DNA from: a virus
Length of the DNA stretch: 64,000 bases
Direction: 5' to 3' (one strand)
Virus record (IMG/VR): IMGVR_UViG_3300048930_000528
Location: 8,050-72,049 of that record
Each line of letters starts with the position of its first letter. The first letter of the stretch is position 1. Positions 36,925 to 46,160 of this stretch are shown here, piece by piece. The notes under the pieces were generated by a model that was given only the letters and a program-made list of their open reading frames with translations, was not told the origin of the DNA and ran no database searches. The position numbers were made by a program, and so were the translations under genes.

Positions 36925-37431
36925 ATGACCAACCCAACCAAGGCCCTCGCCGATCTGTTCGACGGCGTCGGCCTACCGTGGGACGAGGTGCAGAAGAACA
37001 AGGACGGACGGCTTGAACCGCCGGCCCCGGCCAGCACGGAAGAGGATCCCGTGGCCGGCGCACCTGTCCCGATCAATCAGAACGGCGTGAAGCCTGGCCC
37101 GCAGAAGCTGGCGCAGTTCATCAAGGCGATGGAGCTGGTCAACATGCCGACCCGCTCGCAGGGCGCCGACGACCCCGTCGTCCACATCAAACTCTTCAAT
37201 CCCCAAGGCGAAGCGACGTGGCTGCTCACCGACTGGCAGCCCGAAGACAAGACCGCCTTCGGCTGGTGCCATCTGCTCGGCCGCGACTGTGCCGAACTCG
37301 GCTACGTCAGCCTCGAAGAACTCGCTTACTCGCCGGGCGGACGCCTCGGCATCGGCATCGAAATCGACAACTGGTTCACGCCCAAGCTGCTCAGTCAGGC
37401 AAAGGCGGAACTCTACGGAGACGAAGAATGA
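36925..37431 (+). CDS. DUF2958-like protein
   Basis: KLFNPQGEATWLLT...AFG.C.L....ELGYVSLEEL...IEID.WF. Confidence 0.75.
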   Translation: MTNPTKALADLFDGVGLPWDEVQKNKDGRLEPPAPASTEEDPVAGAPVPINQNGVKPGPQKLAQFIKAMELVNMPTRSQGADDPVVHIKLFNPQGEATWLLTDWQPEDKTAFGWCHLLGRDCAELGYVSLEELAYSPGGRLGIGIEIDNWFTPKLLSQAKAELYGDEE

Positions 37432-37796
37432 ACACCACCACCCAACCACCCAAGACCAAGCCGACCCGCATGGATGCACAGGAGGTCATGGACAGCATCG
37501 CCACCCAGCTTCCCGAGATCCTTGGCCACATCCACGCCGACGGCGACTGGCTGTGGTACACAGGCCCGTCGCTCCAGTCCTCGCCAGCCACCCGTCTGGT
37601 GCTCAAGGACATCGGCTTCCGGTTCGCGCCCCGCGGCCACGTCATGCCTGAAGGCAACGGCATCGGATCGTGGGGCCACTCGTGCCTCCGGCCCACGCCG
37701 CGCCGCCGCAAAGGCGACCGCCGTGCGGCCACTGCCGACACGCCCGAAGCCCATGCCGTCGATCCCACGGCGGCACTCGCTGCCCTCTTTGCGTAA
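37428..37796 (+). CDS. Hypothetical protein
   Basis: GDWLWYTG...LKDIGFRFA; ATGA coupling. Confidence 0.55.
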   Translation: MNTTTQPPKTKPTRMDAQEVMDSIATQLPEILGHIHADGDWLWYTGPSLQSSPATRLVLKDIGFRFAPRGHVMPEGNGIGSWGHSCLRPTPRRRKGDRRAATADTPEAHAVDPTAALAALFA

Positions 37797-37835
37797 CCCA
37801 CGAAACGAACTGACAGCCTCAACCTTTCCATCATC

Positions 37836-38429
37836 ATGAGTACCATGCCCGCACCCGACATTGCCGCGGTCTTTACCGCCGCCCAAGCCAAGCTCCTCCA
37901 CCTCGCCGTCGGCCTGCGTGACCGCGAGCCGCTCGCCATGCAGCGTATAAACGCTTTCGTCCTCAACAAGACCGGCGCCAAGTTCAACGAGTACCTCACC
38001 GGCCCGACGCCCGTCGTCGAGAAGCTCGCCGTCGTGCAGGAAATCACCGCCATCGTTGAGTCCGGCGACCTAAGCAAGCTGCCCTCGGCGCCCAACGGCC
38101 AAGCCTCGGCCCCGCCGACTGCGCCTCGCACCACCCCGCCGCCGGCCCCGCCCAAGGTCGAGCAGCCCAAGCAGCCCGAGGTCAAGCAGCCCGAGCCGCC
38201 TCCGGCCCCGCCCGCCCCGCCTGCCGTCGACGTGGACGACCTCGCTGACGACGACATCGACGCCGACGAACTGGCCGGCGCCATCCAGACCATCGTCAAG
38301 GTGGCGGCCAAGCGCAAGGAACCCGCCGCCCCGCCGGCCCCGGCCTTCACCGAAGCTGACGTGCGCCGCATCATCCGGCACGAACTGGCCGATGCCATGG
38401 AGAAGATCGCCAAGGCGCTGCGTGCGTAA
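37836..38429 (+). CDS. Pro-rich hypothetical protein; its stop codon forms the left core of cassette array 1
   Basis: 197 aa; ends GCG-TAA-C. Confidence 0.6.
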   Translation: MSTMPAPDIAAVFTAAQAKLLHLAVGLRDREPLAMQRINAFVLNKTGAKFNEYLTGPTPVVEKLAVVQEITAIVESGDLSKLPSAPNGQASAPPTAPRTTPPPAPPKVEQPKQPEVKQPEPPPAPPAPPAVDVDDLADDDIDADELAGAIQTIVKVAAKRKEPAAPPAPAFTEADVRRIIRHELADAMEKIAKALRA

Positions 38430-38492
38430 CACCGGCAGTCTGCCACCGGAGGGGCGAAGCCCCGCAGGTTGGCAGTGATGCCTTGGTTCGAC
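38424..38492 (-). repeat. attC-like site Z
   Basis: - strand: GTCGAAC CAAGG CATCACTG ... CAGACTG CCGGT GTTACGC. Confidence 0.75.
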
Positions 38493-38804
38493 CTTCTTTT
38501 TATGAGCTTCGAATACCTGACAACATCCCTCGAAAAAACTCACGCGGCAGCCCGTGACATGGTCTATCGCGCGACCTTCTTACTCGCGAAACGCGATGAC
38601 GGAGTGACGGCCTGCGCTCGCCTGCCGCGCCGAAACTCCCGCAAGCTGGAAATAGGCTACTGCCTCGGCACGGGTCGAATGACTCATTGGGTCGAAACCG
38701 GCATCCTACCGACCGAACATCCCGGCGCGCTCGAATACTGGGTGAAGAAGGCGTTCTTCTACGCGGACGGACACATAGCGTGTGAGAAAAGGAAAAGCGC
38801 ATGA
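38478..38804 (+). CDS. Cassette ORF, hypothetical
   Basis: ATG 38478 in TGATG inside site Z (alternative ATG 38502). Confidence 0.5.
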   Translation: MPWFDLLFMSFEYLTTSLEKTHAAARDMVYRATFLLAKRDDGVTACARLPRRNSRKLEIGYCLGTGRMTHWVETGILPTEHPGALEYWVKKAFFYADGHIACEKRKSA

Positions 38805-39019
38805 GCTACGAAAACACTCAGTGCGTCTGCGGTGGGCGAAAGCTGACCGACACCATGCTGTGCGCCGACTGCGAGAAAGCAGTCGAAGGTACCTTCGACC
38901 GCCGCGAGATGGAAAATCCCGCAGCGACATGGGAGCAGCGGCGCAATGCGGCGATTCGCTGCCTCGCGGTCGCCCGCCGTCGCAACCCAAGCCTACCGCT
39001 TACCTATGCGTGCCGATAG
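38801..39019 (+). CDS. Cassette ORF, small Zn-binding protein
   Basis: C.CGG.K....LC..C; ATGA coupling. Confidence 0.55.
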   Translation: MSYENTQCVCGGRKLTDTMLCADCEKAVEGTFDRREMENPAATWEQRRNAAIRCLAVARRRNPSLPLTYACR

Positions 39020-39118
39020 GTCGAACGCACAAGCTGACCTATGACCACCGCGCCCATGACTACCGAATCCACAACAGACGCCGACGCGGTGGGCATTAAG
39101 TCCAGCGCCTTGTTCGGC
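39020..39118 (-). repeat. attC-like site A
   Basis: - strand: GCCGAAC AAGGC GCTGGACT ... GGTCAGC TTGTGC GTTCGAC. Confidence 0.88.
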
Positions 39119-39676
39119 GTGATTTACGCGGACCCGCCGTGGCGGTATGGCTTCTCTCAATCGGACTCACGCGCCATCGAGTCGCAATATCCGACAATGA
39201 CCGACGAGGAAATCTGTGCTATCAAGGTGCCTGCTGCCAAGGATGCCGTGCTCTACCTGTGGGCGGTGGCTCCACGGCTCGCCGCAGGGCTGCGCGTCAT
39301 GGAAGCGTGGGGATTCGACTACAAGACTTGTGCTGTGTGGGACAAAGAAAAGGTGGGCATGGGCTACTGGTGGCGCGGACAGCATGAAATCCTCATGGTC
39401 GGAACTCGCGGGAAGTTCTCGCCGCCTCCGCAAGCACTCCGCAAGTCGAGCGTGATTCGCTGCCCGCGTGGACGGCACAGCGCGAAGCCTGACCAAGTGC
39501 GCGACTGGATCGGGGAATGGTATCCCGACGTGCCCAAGCTGGAAATGTTCTCTCGGCTAAAACGACCGGGCTGGGAGGTCTTTGGAAATCAGGTCGAGTA
39601 TGACCTGCTAAGCGGGGATTTTTCTTCGCCGAACGTCGCGGGTCAGACACGACCCGCCGAAAACTCCAACCTGTAA
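39041..39676 (+). CDS. MT-A70-family adenine methyltransferase (cassette-borne)
   Basis: IYADPPW, YPTM, LYLW, AWGF.YKT..VW.K, HSAKP, LEMFSR..GW.VFGNQ. Confidence 0.9.
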   Translation: MTTAPMTTESTTDADAVGIKSSALFGVIYADPPWRYGFSQSDSRAIESQYPTMTDEEICAIKVPAAKDAVLYLWAVAPRLAAGLRVMEAWGFDYKTCAVWDKEKVGMGYWWRGQHEILMVGTRGKFSPPPQALRKSSVIRCPRGRHSAKPDQVRDWIGEWYPDVPKLEMFSRLKRPGWEVFGNQVEYDLLSGDFSSPNVAGQTRPAENSNL

Positions 39677-39758
39677 CTCCCATGAAAAACCAAAATCCAA
39701 CTGTAGTCTCTAGCCCGCAGGATCAGTGCGGGTCGTTGTCTGGGAACGCTGGTTCGGC
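39628..39758 (-). repeat. attC-like site B
   Basis: - strand: GCCGAAC CAGCG TTCCCAGA CAACGACCCGC ... GCGGGTCGTG TCTGACC CGCGAC GTTCGGC. Confidence 0.88.
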
Positions 39759-39966
39759 TGCCTTTGCTTTTCCAGTGGGCTCCCGCGTGAAGATCATAGC
39801 CGCCGACCCAGAGTGCCCCGCCGACTTTATCGGCTCCGAAGGGACAGTGGTGAGAATCGCCCCAGCGGATGAAAACTGCTCAGACGATATGTATTCGGTG
39901 CGCACGGATAGCGGTAAGCAAGACGGATTCTTTTCAGATGAGCTGATTTCTTTGCCGAACCAGTGA
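39682..39966 (+). CDS. Cassette ORF, SH3/KOW-like small protein
   Basis: FPVGSRVKI...G.EGTV....Y.V..D.G...F..DEL; starts inside site B. Confidence 0.6.
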   Translation: MKNQNPTVVSSPQDQCGSLSGNAGSAAFAFPVGSRVKIIAADPECPADFIGSEGTVVRIAPADENCSDDMYSVRTDSGKQDGFFSDELISLPNQ

Positions 39967-39980
39967 TTGTGCCACGTGCG
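39954..39980 (-). other. Terminal simple site C (attI/attG-like)
   Basis: Core GCCGAAC without a partner arm, followed by CAGTGATTGTGCCACGTGC. Confidence 0.6.
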
Positions 39981-40039
39981 TCCGCATGGACTTGCGTAAC
40001 TCAATATAAACCAACTCAAACCCAAACCACCCGTGCGAC

Positions 40040-43000
40040 ATGATTAAAGACCAACGATCCGGCATCTCTGCGGAGAACCTCCAAGAGATCATCGAGGCCG
40101 GCGTCAGCGCAGCGCACTCGCTCCAGGGCGGAGCGCAGCAGTACAGCACGCCTCAGTGGCTGGCCAACGCCTGCCGCCAGCTGATCACGGACGCCCGGCC
40201 TTCGTGCGTCCTTGATCCCCAAGGTGCGGCAGGCAACCTCGTCAATGCCCTGCCCGATGGCGTCACCCGCTACGTCACGGACATCGACAACCGCATGGGC
40301 GAGGACGATGCCTCGCACCTCATCAAGCGCATCAAGGGCAACTGCGTCTACATCTTCGAGCTGTTCGATGAACTGTACCCGCACGTTCAGTTCCCGTGCA
40401 TCGTCGCCAATCCACCCTTCGGCATCCGCTGGAAGCAGGCCGACGGCACCACAATCGACAGCACTCAGTGGACGTGGGACCTCATCAAGAAACGCCTGAC
40501 CATTGGCGGCTGCGGTTTCCTGATCTCCAACGCCAACACTCTTGAGCGCCTCGGCATCACCGCGGACCCGTGGGTCTACATCGTGCAGCGCTTCCCGGCC
40601 GGCGGCATCTGGCCCGACTGCAACGTTGAGCTTGGCATCGTGCACTTTGCCAACAGCGCGTCCAATATCCTGCCGCGAAAGCAGGTTGTGACCTGGGACC
40701 GTGTACCCACGGCGAGCGACATCATCCGCCGCCTGTCTGGCGACGTTGCCAATGCGCCGTACCGTCGGGCGACGTACGCCAACCCATTCACCGAGTTTGA
40801 GGTGGTGTCCAAAATCATTTCCGAGGAGGCGAAGAACCGGCCCCAGTTCAACATCTACCTCGACAAGAATGGCATGCTGCGGACCTACCTCAGCCTGCGC
40901 CATCACCACAAGTTCAAGGAGGACGACGTCAAGAAGCTGTTCCGCGTGAACAACTGCCACCCACTATCCCTCACCACGGAGCGCGACACGCGGAAGCTCA
41001 TGTTCGAGCTGGCCAACGCCGGCATCTACACTATCCAGCCCGAGGCCAAGGCCGCCATCGAGCAGGCGCTTGCCGAAGTCGCCAGCCTTGCCTGCCCAAT
41101 CCGCCCGGTCACCGACTTCGAACTGGTCGCCTACGCCGACGAAGAGGACACGCTTGTCGCCATCTCCGGCACGGTTGACGGCATCCACCTCACGCCCGGC
41201 AAGCGGTACGAAGTTGGCACTGGCACGTACACCTTCACGGATCGCTTCACCCGCAAGAAGATCCACTTCAACGAGGAGACCGAGGAGACCACGATCGACG
41301 AGCACGACTGCGAACTCTCCGGGCAAGATCGCTACGTGCAGATCACGGACGACCGAGGCATGCAGCACCGCTTCATGGAGCGACCCGAGACCGGCATCAA
41401 ATGGATGCACCCGGAGTCCATGCTTTGGACTTTGTTCAAGCGTCCCTTCGTTCCCACCGTTGGCGAAGTCATGGCTGATTGCGTGGCGACCAACCTCCAG
41501 AAGATGGCGTTCTCTGAGCTAGTCGCTGGCTTCACCTATTTCCCCGGCCAGCGTGACTACTATTCCCGCATGGCGTGCAAGGATTATGGGCTGGTGGCTG
41601 CGAGTACCGGATGCCATGCGAAAGGGACGCTAATCATGATGAGCGATGGCCGAAATAAAATCGTGGAAGACATCATTGTTGGTGATTGCGTGATGGGTTG
41701 GGACTCGACGCCGAGGCGGGTCACTCGCTTGGCTCAAGGGCGTCAGCAGATGGCCAAGATAATCCCCACTAAAGGAGATCCGTTCGTCGTCAACTTGGAC
41801 CATATTTTAACGCTGGTTAAGACCGGAACAAGTTCGTCGGTCGGCGGGGACGTAATTGACGTGAAGGTCAGAGATTACCTCGGATGGAAGCCATCGCAAA
41901 AGCATATTTATAAACTCTTCCGCAAGGAGATTAGCCTACAAGCAAAACCAATCGACTCCCTTTCGCCGTACTTCATGGGGGTTTACATTGGCGACGGGAC
42001 ATCGACGTCGTGGCAGGTTGCAATTACAAAGCCCGACAAGGAGGTTGAGGATGCTGTTGCCGATGAGTGCTCAAAGTGGGGATGGCGATACAGGACCGCG
42101 TTGCGGTCTGGGTCGGAAACGAATAAGACACACTTCATCCCAGGTCACGGCATAAAGCGAGAGCTTTATCAACATGGGCTTCTTGGAATACACTCAAGCA
42201 ATAGGTTTATTCCAGACGCTTACAAGTACAACAGCCGTGATGTGAGGCTTGAGGTTCTTGCTGGCATCATTGATAGCGACGGCCACCTTTGTGATGCCGG
42301 AACATTTGACTACATAAGCCAATCGCAATCTCTTGCCGATGATGTTGTGTGGTTGGCTAGATCAGTCGGGCTTGCCGCTTACGTGAAGCCATGCCAGAAG
42401 TATTGCCAGACCGGAGGCGGAGGCACGTATCATAGGGTTTCCATATCAGGCGAACTCTCTATCATTCCAACAAGAATCAAGCGCAAGCAAGCCGCGCAAC
42501 GCAGGCAGAAGAAAAGCGTCCTGCGAACAGGATTCAAAGTTGAGCTTCTGCCAGAGGATGACTACTACGGGTTCAGTATTGAAGGCGACGGGCGGTTCTT
42601 GCTTGGCGACTTTACAGTGACCCACAACACCGGCAAAACCCTGGGGGCTTTGACACTCATCAGCCTCAAGGCGCCGCGCCGTTCGCTCATCATCGCTCCG
42701 CAGGGAACGATGCGCTCGTCCGGCTCGGAGGAGGAGGTTGATTATCAGGCATCGCAGTGGGTGCAGGAGATCACGCGCTTCGCCCCGCTCGAGCCCGTGT
42801 TCCAGTTGTTCAGCATGCAGGATTACCTGTCCGTCCTGCACGCCAACGGCGGCGTGCTTCCGCCCGGCATCTACGTCACCTACCCGCAGGCTTACTTCTC
42901 CAACAGCGCCTTCGAGTCCTTGCCTGCCACATGGGAAAACCTCGACGCCTTCGAGACAGAGGAAAAGTTCTGCCGGCGCATGGGCCTGCCGTTCAGCAAG

Positions 43001-44371
43001 GATACTCCCGTGGAGCGCCACTACCACACTGGCGTTGGCTCGGCCAAGAACGGTATCCGGTGCGTGGCGACGCCGTCGCTGTCCACCGTCATCGCAACCA
43101 ACCATGGCGAGTGGGACATGGTTGTCTTGGACGAGGCGCACCTTTACCAGAGCCTTGAATCTTGCATCACGAACAACATGATCCGGCTTCAACCGCGGTT
43201 CAGGTTCGCACTCACTGCCACACCAATCAGCAACATCATCACGAACATATTCAGCCTCATGGGTTGGCTGTGCGTGAAGGACTGGTACAGGGGTGGGATG
43301 CGTAACGCCGCATGGCCCTATGCCGTGGACGAGGGGCATCGGTTTTCGACGACATTCCTTGCCACCGAGATCGACCGCACGGCGCAGCTCAAAGCCAAGA
43401 TGAAAGGCAAGAAGGGGTGGGGCAAGATCGGCATCAGGCCGTCGCCCGTCATCAGTTCCCCGGCTCGCCTGCTCAAGCTCCTCAAGCCGACGATGGCGTA
43501 CATCTCCAAAGAGGACTGCAACCCCAACCTCCAGCCGTGCACCGTGTCCGATGTCCGCGTGCCAATGGGTCGCGAGCAGGCCAAGCTCTATGCGTACTGG
43601 CTGGAGCGGGCCAACTACGTTCCCGAGTTCAAGAACCCGCTGACGATCGCCCAGGTTCAGATGTCCCGGCTGCGTGGCGTCTGTGCCTCGCCGGCCAGCC
43701 TCGACTACACCCGCGGCATGGCCCGGTCCAACTTCAACCCGAAGACCGTCACCATCCTTCAACTCATCCGTGACTGCCTCCGCAAGGGCGAGCAGGTGGT
43801 TGTCGTCTCGGCTCGTGTTGGCCAGTCAAACGAGTTGGCGCGTCGCCTTTCCGAGGCCGGAGTCCAGATCGCACGCATCGACTCGACCGTGCCGGCGGAG
43901 ATGCACACGGCTGAGGCCAACAGGTTCAAGCGTGGCGACGCCCGCGTCATGCTCATGGGCATCAAGTGCGCACAGGGTCACTCGTTTGACCGATGCCCCA
44001 ACCTCATCGTTGGCTCGCTCGAGTGGTCCTACGGCACGCTCGACCAGGCGAAGGGCCGGGTGTGGCGCCTGACCTCGCCTCAGCCCGTCAAGGTGTGGAT
44101 CGTCCTTCACCAGAACACGATTGAGGAGCTCCTGTTCGACCGGGTTGCGCTCAAGCAGGACGCCGCCACGCTGTGCCTTCACGGCAAGCGGGTGCCGCGT
44201 GACTTCAAGACGCTTGACCCGAGCGAGGTGCTGGCCGAGCACATCGTTGACTTCGACCACGAAGGCGAGACGCGGTCCGAATCCGAGTGCGAAACGCAGT
44301 GGCCCGACCTGCGCAAGCAGCTCGTCCTCGCCAACAACAGCGGCATCCCGGCCGGCTTCGCCGCGGCCTGA
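40040..44371 (+). CDS. DarB-like N6-methyltransferase/SNF2 helicase fusion containing an intein
   Basis: STPQWLA, VLDPQGAAGNL, IVANPPFG; ASTG|TGKT, VLDEAH, LTATP, QAKGRVWR. Confidence 0.85.
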   Translation: MIKDQRSGISAENLQEIIEAGVSAAHSLQGGAQQYSTPQWLANACRQLITDARPSCVLDPQGAAGNLVNALPDGVTRYVTDIDNRMGEDDASHLIKRIKGNCVYIFELFDELYPHVQFPCIVANPPFGIRWKQADGTTIDSTQWTWDLIKKRLTIGGCGFLISNANTLERLGITADPWVYIVQRFPAGGIWPDCNVELGIVHFANSASNILPRKQVVTWDRVPTASDIIRRLSGDVANAPYRRATYANPFTEFEVVSKIISEEAKNRPQFNIYLDKNGMLRTYLSLRHHHKFKEDDVKKLFRVNNCHPLSLTTERDTRKLMFELANAGIYTIQPEAKAAIEQALAEVASLACPIRPVTDFELVAYADEEDTLVAISGTVDGIHLTPGKRYEVGTGTYTFTDRFTRKKIHFNEETEETTIDEHDCELSGQDRYVQITDDRGMQHRFMERPETGIKWMHPESMLWTLFKRPFVPTVGEVMADCVATNLQKMAFSELVAGFTYFPGQRDYYSRMACKDYGLVAASTGCHAKGTLIMMSDGRNKIVEDIIVGDCVMGWDSTPRRVTRLAQGRQQMAKIIPTKGDPFVVNLDHILTLVKTGTSSSVGGDVIDVKVRDYLGWKPSQKHIYKLFRKEISLQAKPIDSLSPYFMGVYIGDGTSTSWQVAITKPDKEVEDAVADECSKWGWRYRTALRSGSETNKTHFIPGHGIKRELYQHGLLGIHSSNRFIPDAYKYNSRDVRLEVLAGIIDSDGHLCDAGTFDYISQSQSLADDVVWLARSVGLAAYVKPCQKYCQTGGGGTYHRVSISGELSIIPTRIKRKQAAQRRQKKSVLRTGFKVELLPEDDYYGFSIEGDGRFLLGDFTVTHNTGKTLGALTLISLKAPRRSLIIAPQGTMRSSGSEEEVDYQASQWVQEITRFAPLEPVFQLFSMQDYLSVLHANGGVLPPGIYVTYPQAYFSNSAFESLPATWENLDAFETEEKFCRRMGLPFSKDTPVERHYHTGVGSAKNGIRCVATPSLSTVIATNHGEWDMVVLDEAHLYQSLESCITNNMIRLQPRFRFALTATPISNIITNIFSLMGWLCVKDWYRGGMRNAAWPYAVDEGHRFSTTFLATEIDRTAQLKAKMKGKKGWGKIGIRPSPVISSPARLLKLLKPTMAYISKEDCNPNLQPCTVSDVRVPMGREQAKLYAYWLERANYVPEFKNPLTIAQVQMSRLRGVCASPASLDYTRGMARSNFNPKTVTILQLIRDCLRKGEQVVVVSARVGQSNELARRLSEAGVQIARIDSTVPAEMHTAEANRFKRGDARVMLMGIKCAQGHSFDRCPNLIVGSLEWSYGTLDQAKGRVWRLTSPQPVKVWIVLHQNTIEELLFDRVALKQDAATLCLHGKRVPRDFKTLDPSEVLAEHIVDFDHEGETRSESECETQWPDLRKQLVLANNSGIPAGFAAA
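41612..42628 (+). mobile_element. Intein with LAGLIDADG homing endonuclease (339 aa)
   Basis: Starts CHAKGT, ends VTHN before Thr+1; MGVYIGDG and LAGIIDSDG; lower GC than flanks. Confidence 0.95.
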
Positions 44372-44375
44372 CACC

Positions 44376-44576
44376 ATGAGCAACGACTTCGAGAAGGTGG
44401 AGCTTCACGGCGGTCCGCTTGACGGGCTTGAGTTGTTTGCCAGCGAATCGTTCAAGCTGGAGGAACTCGATCCCGAGACTGGGCTCATCCACGTCTACGT
44501 GAGACGCGGCAGTGGCGTCTTCCAGTACGCCGGCCACCAGCCATCCGGCCTGCCTCCGGCGCTGGGCGGAAGCTGA
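44376..44576 (+). CDS. Small hypothetical protein (GGPLDG motif)
   Basis: VELHGGPLDG...HVY. Confidence 0.55.
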   Translation: MSNDFEKVELHGGPLDGLELFASESFKLEELDPETGLIHVYVRRGSGVFQYAGHQPSGLPPALGGS

Positions 44577-44577
44577 T

Positions 44578-44607
44578 TTGACATTGCCAAATCGCCGGAT
44601 GTAACCT
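44578..44607 (+). promoter_or_regulatory. Sigma70-type promoter for the recombinase and cassette array 2
   Basis: TTGACA (44578-83), 18-bp spacer, TAACCT (44602-07), 11 bp before ATG 44619. Confidence 0.65.
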
Positions 44608-44618
44608 CGGATTCCAGC

Positions 44619-45620
44619 ATGCCCACGACAAAGAAAGCCGCAGGACTCAAGATCAAGGCGATGGACTCCACCAAGGTGACGCCGGCGGCGATCCGCGCAG
44701 CCAAGAAGATCCTTCGGGCCGCCGAAGAGTCGGGCATGCAGGATGCAATCCTCGCTGCGCTCATGCAGCGGAAGACCGTACCCGTGAAGCAGGCCTTGGC
44801 CGAGTGGCACCTATGGCGGAAGGCGAACTCGTCAGCGTCCACGCTCCGCACCAACCGGCTGGCACTAGATCAGTTCTTCGATGGGCTCGAGGCCGCAAAC
44901 TGGCCGGTGTCAAAAATCACGATCCAGCACATTGACGCATGGGTTAACAAAGACGACGCCTGCAAGCGGGCCACCCGCGAGGCAAAGCTCGCCGCCATCC
45001 GATCGTTCTACAAGTTCGTCACCGCGAATGCCTATTGCCAGACCAACCCGGCGCAGCTGGTGCATGTTCGCATTCGCGACATGACGCACGCTCAGCTGGA
45101 GCGCACCGTGCGCGAGCCCATCACCGAGCACGAGTACCGGCATATCATGGCCAACACCGAAGGCTTTTGGAAATGGGCAACGGCGATCAGCTACTGGGCG
45201 GGGCTGCGCATGAGCGACGTGTTCGCACTCCAGTGGGCTCAGATCATGCCCACCGAGATCGTAGCCTGGGCGAAAAAAGACGGCGACCGGCTAGTGCTTC
45301 CACTCAACCACCCGCTCATCGGCGGAGGGGAGTTGGTGCCTGTGCTGTTCGAGGTATTGAGTAATCGCCAAGACGATACATACTGCTTCCCCGATCAGCA
45401 TCGCGAGATGGCCGACATCGAGAAGCGTTCCAAGTTCTCGGTCTACTATACACGCCTGCTTGCCGGGCTAGGCATTGAAGGCAAGAGCTTCCATTCGCTG
45501 CGGCATGCGTTTGCCACCCGGCTCGCCAACGCAGGGGTGACACCTGAGCAGATCGGGCGGTGGATGGGGCACAGTTCGACGCGCATCACCGAGGGGTACA
45601 TCCACCGCGGCAAGCGATGA
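44619..45620 (+). CDS. Second tyrosine recombinase (XerC/D-like architecture, no IntI insertion)
   Basis: SAM-like N-domain (AAIRSFYKF...NP), AGLRMSD, HSLRHAFAT, MGHSS, catalytic Tyr in EGY. Confidence 0.9.
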   Translation: MPTTKKAAGLKIKAMDSTKVTPAAIRAAKKILRAAEESGMQDAILAALMQRKTVPVKQALAEWHLWRKANSSASTLRTNRLALDQFFDGLEAANWPVSKITIQHIDAWVNKDDACKRATREAKLAAIRSFYKFVTANAYCQTNPAQLVHVRIRDMTHAQLERTVREPITEHEYRHIMANTEGFWKWATAISYWAGLRMSDVFALQWAQIMPTEIVAWAKKDGDRLVLPLNHPLIGGGELVPVLFEVLSNRQDDTYCFPDQHREMADIEKRSKFSVYYTRLLAGLGIEGKSFHSLRHAFATRLANAGVTPEQIGRWMGHSSTRITEGYIHRGKR

Positions 45621-45660
45621 TCGGTAAACCATCATCAATCATCGAATCCCTGATCGTCCA

Positions 45661-45882
45661 ATGAGTAACCCACAGAACGAACTGACGCCGTCCGCTGGCC
45701 CGAATTGCGCTGTGGCGTCTGGTTCGCCTCCGGGGCTCTACAACCTATACGTCCGCCACACCGATGGGCGCACAAAGAAACTGACGGGCTACGCGATGAC
45801 ACATCACGAGTGCTGCGTGATGAAGAGCAAACTAAGCGAATGGACGCAGGCTCGCACACTGCTCGTAAAGGAGACGAAATGA
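45661..45882 (+). CDS. Cassette ORF, hypothetical
   Basis: Reads through half-site D. Confidence 0.5.
   Translation: MSNPQNELTPSAGPNCAVASGSPPGLYNLYVRHTDGRTKKLTGYAMTHHECCVMKSKLSEWTQARTLLVKETK
45690..45728 (-). repeat. attC-like half-site D (partner arm missing)
   Basis: - strand GGCGAAC CAGAC GCCACAGC GCAA; core GTTCGCC matches GGCGAAC at 46064. Confidence 0.65.
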
Positions 45883-46139
45883 AACACGACCCAGACCACT
45901 ACCTCACGCAGCCGATGGACAATCAGGAGGCGGCGCACAATCGCCGCGTGGCCGTGACGGCCGAGAACGTCGCCGCGTGTGCGCAAGCCATCCGCGACCT
46001 CGACCGCATCACGCCGCGCCCGCTCACCGCCGAAGACCAAGCGCGTGCCGTGCTCACGTTCTTGGCGAACACCAAGGTGACCGATGCGCAGCCCAAGGCG
46101 AACGACGCCGGACCGGGTAGCAATGCGCATTCGGTCTAG
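45879..46139 (+). CDS. Cassette ORF, hypothetical
   Basis: AAGGAG RBS; stop inside site E. Confidence 0.55.
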   Translation: MKHDPDHYLTQPMDNQEAAHNRRVAVTAENVAACAQAIRDLDRITPRPLTAEDQARAVLTFLANTKVTDAQPKANDAGPGSNAHSV

Positions 46140-46152
46140 CGAATGGTTCAGC
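46064..46152 (-). repeat. attC-like site E
   Basis: - strand: GCTGAAC CATTC GCTAGACC GAATGCGCA ... TGCGCATC GGTCACC TTGGT GTTCGCC. Confidence 0.88.
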
Positions 46153-46160
46153 CCTCTTTT

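Larger units (their letters stand above)
38424..39980 (-). mobile_element. attC-like gene cassette array 1 (3 cassettes)
   Basis: Sites Z, A, B plus terminal simple site C; complementary core pairs GTTCGAC/GTCGAAC and GTTCGGC/GCCGAAC (twice). Confidence 0.85.

Noticed and set aside
37791-37830. GCGTAAC at the stop of 37428-37796 as another cassette boundary
   Set aside because: No hairpin follows and no GTTACGC partner was seen; likely an ordinary stop codon context.
44619-45620. Calling this gene intI
   Set aside because: No IntI-specific insertion is visible, and it is not positioned next to the attI-like end of the array.
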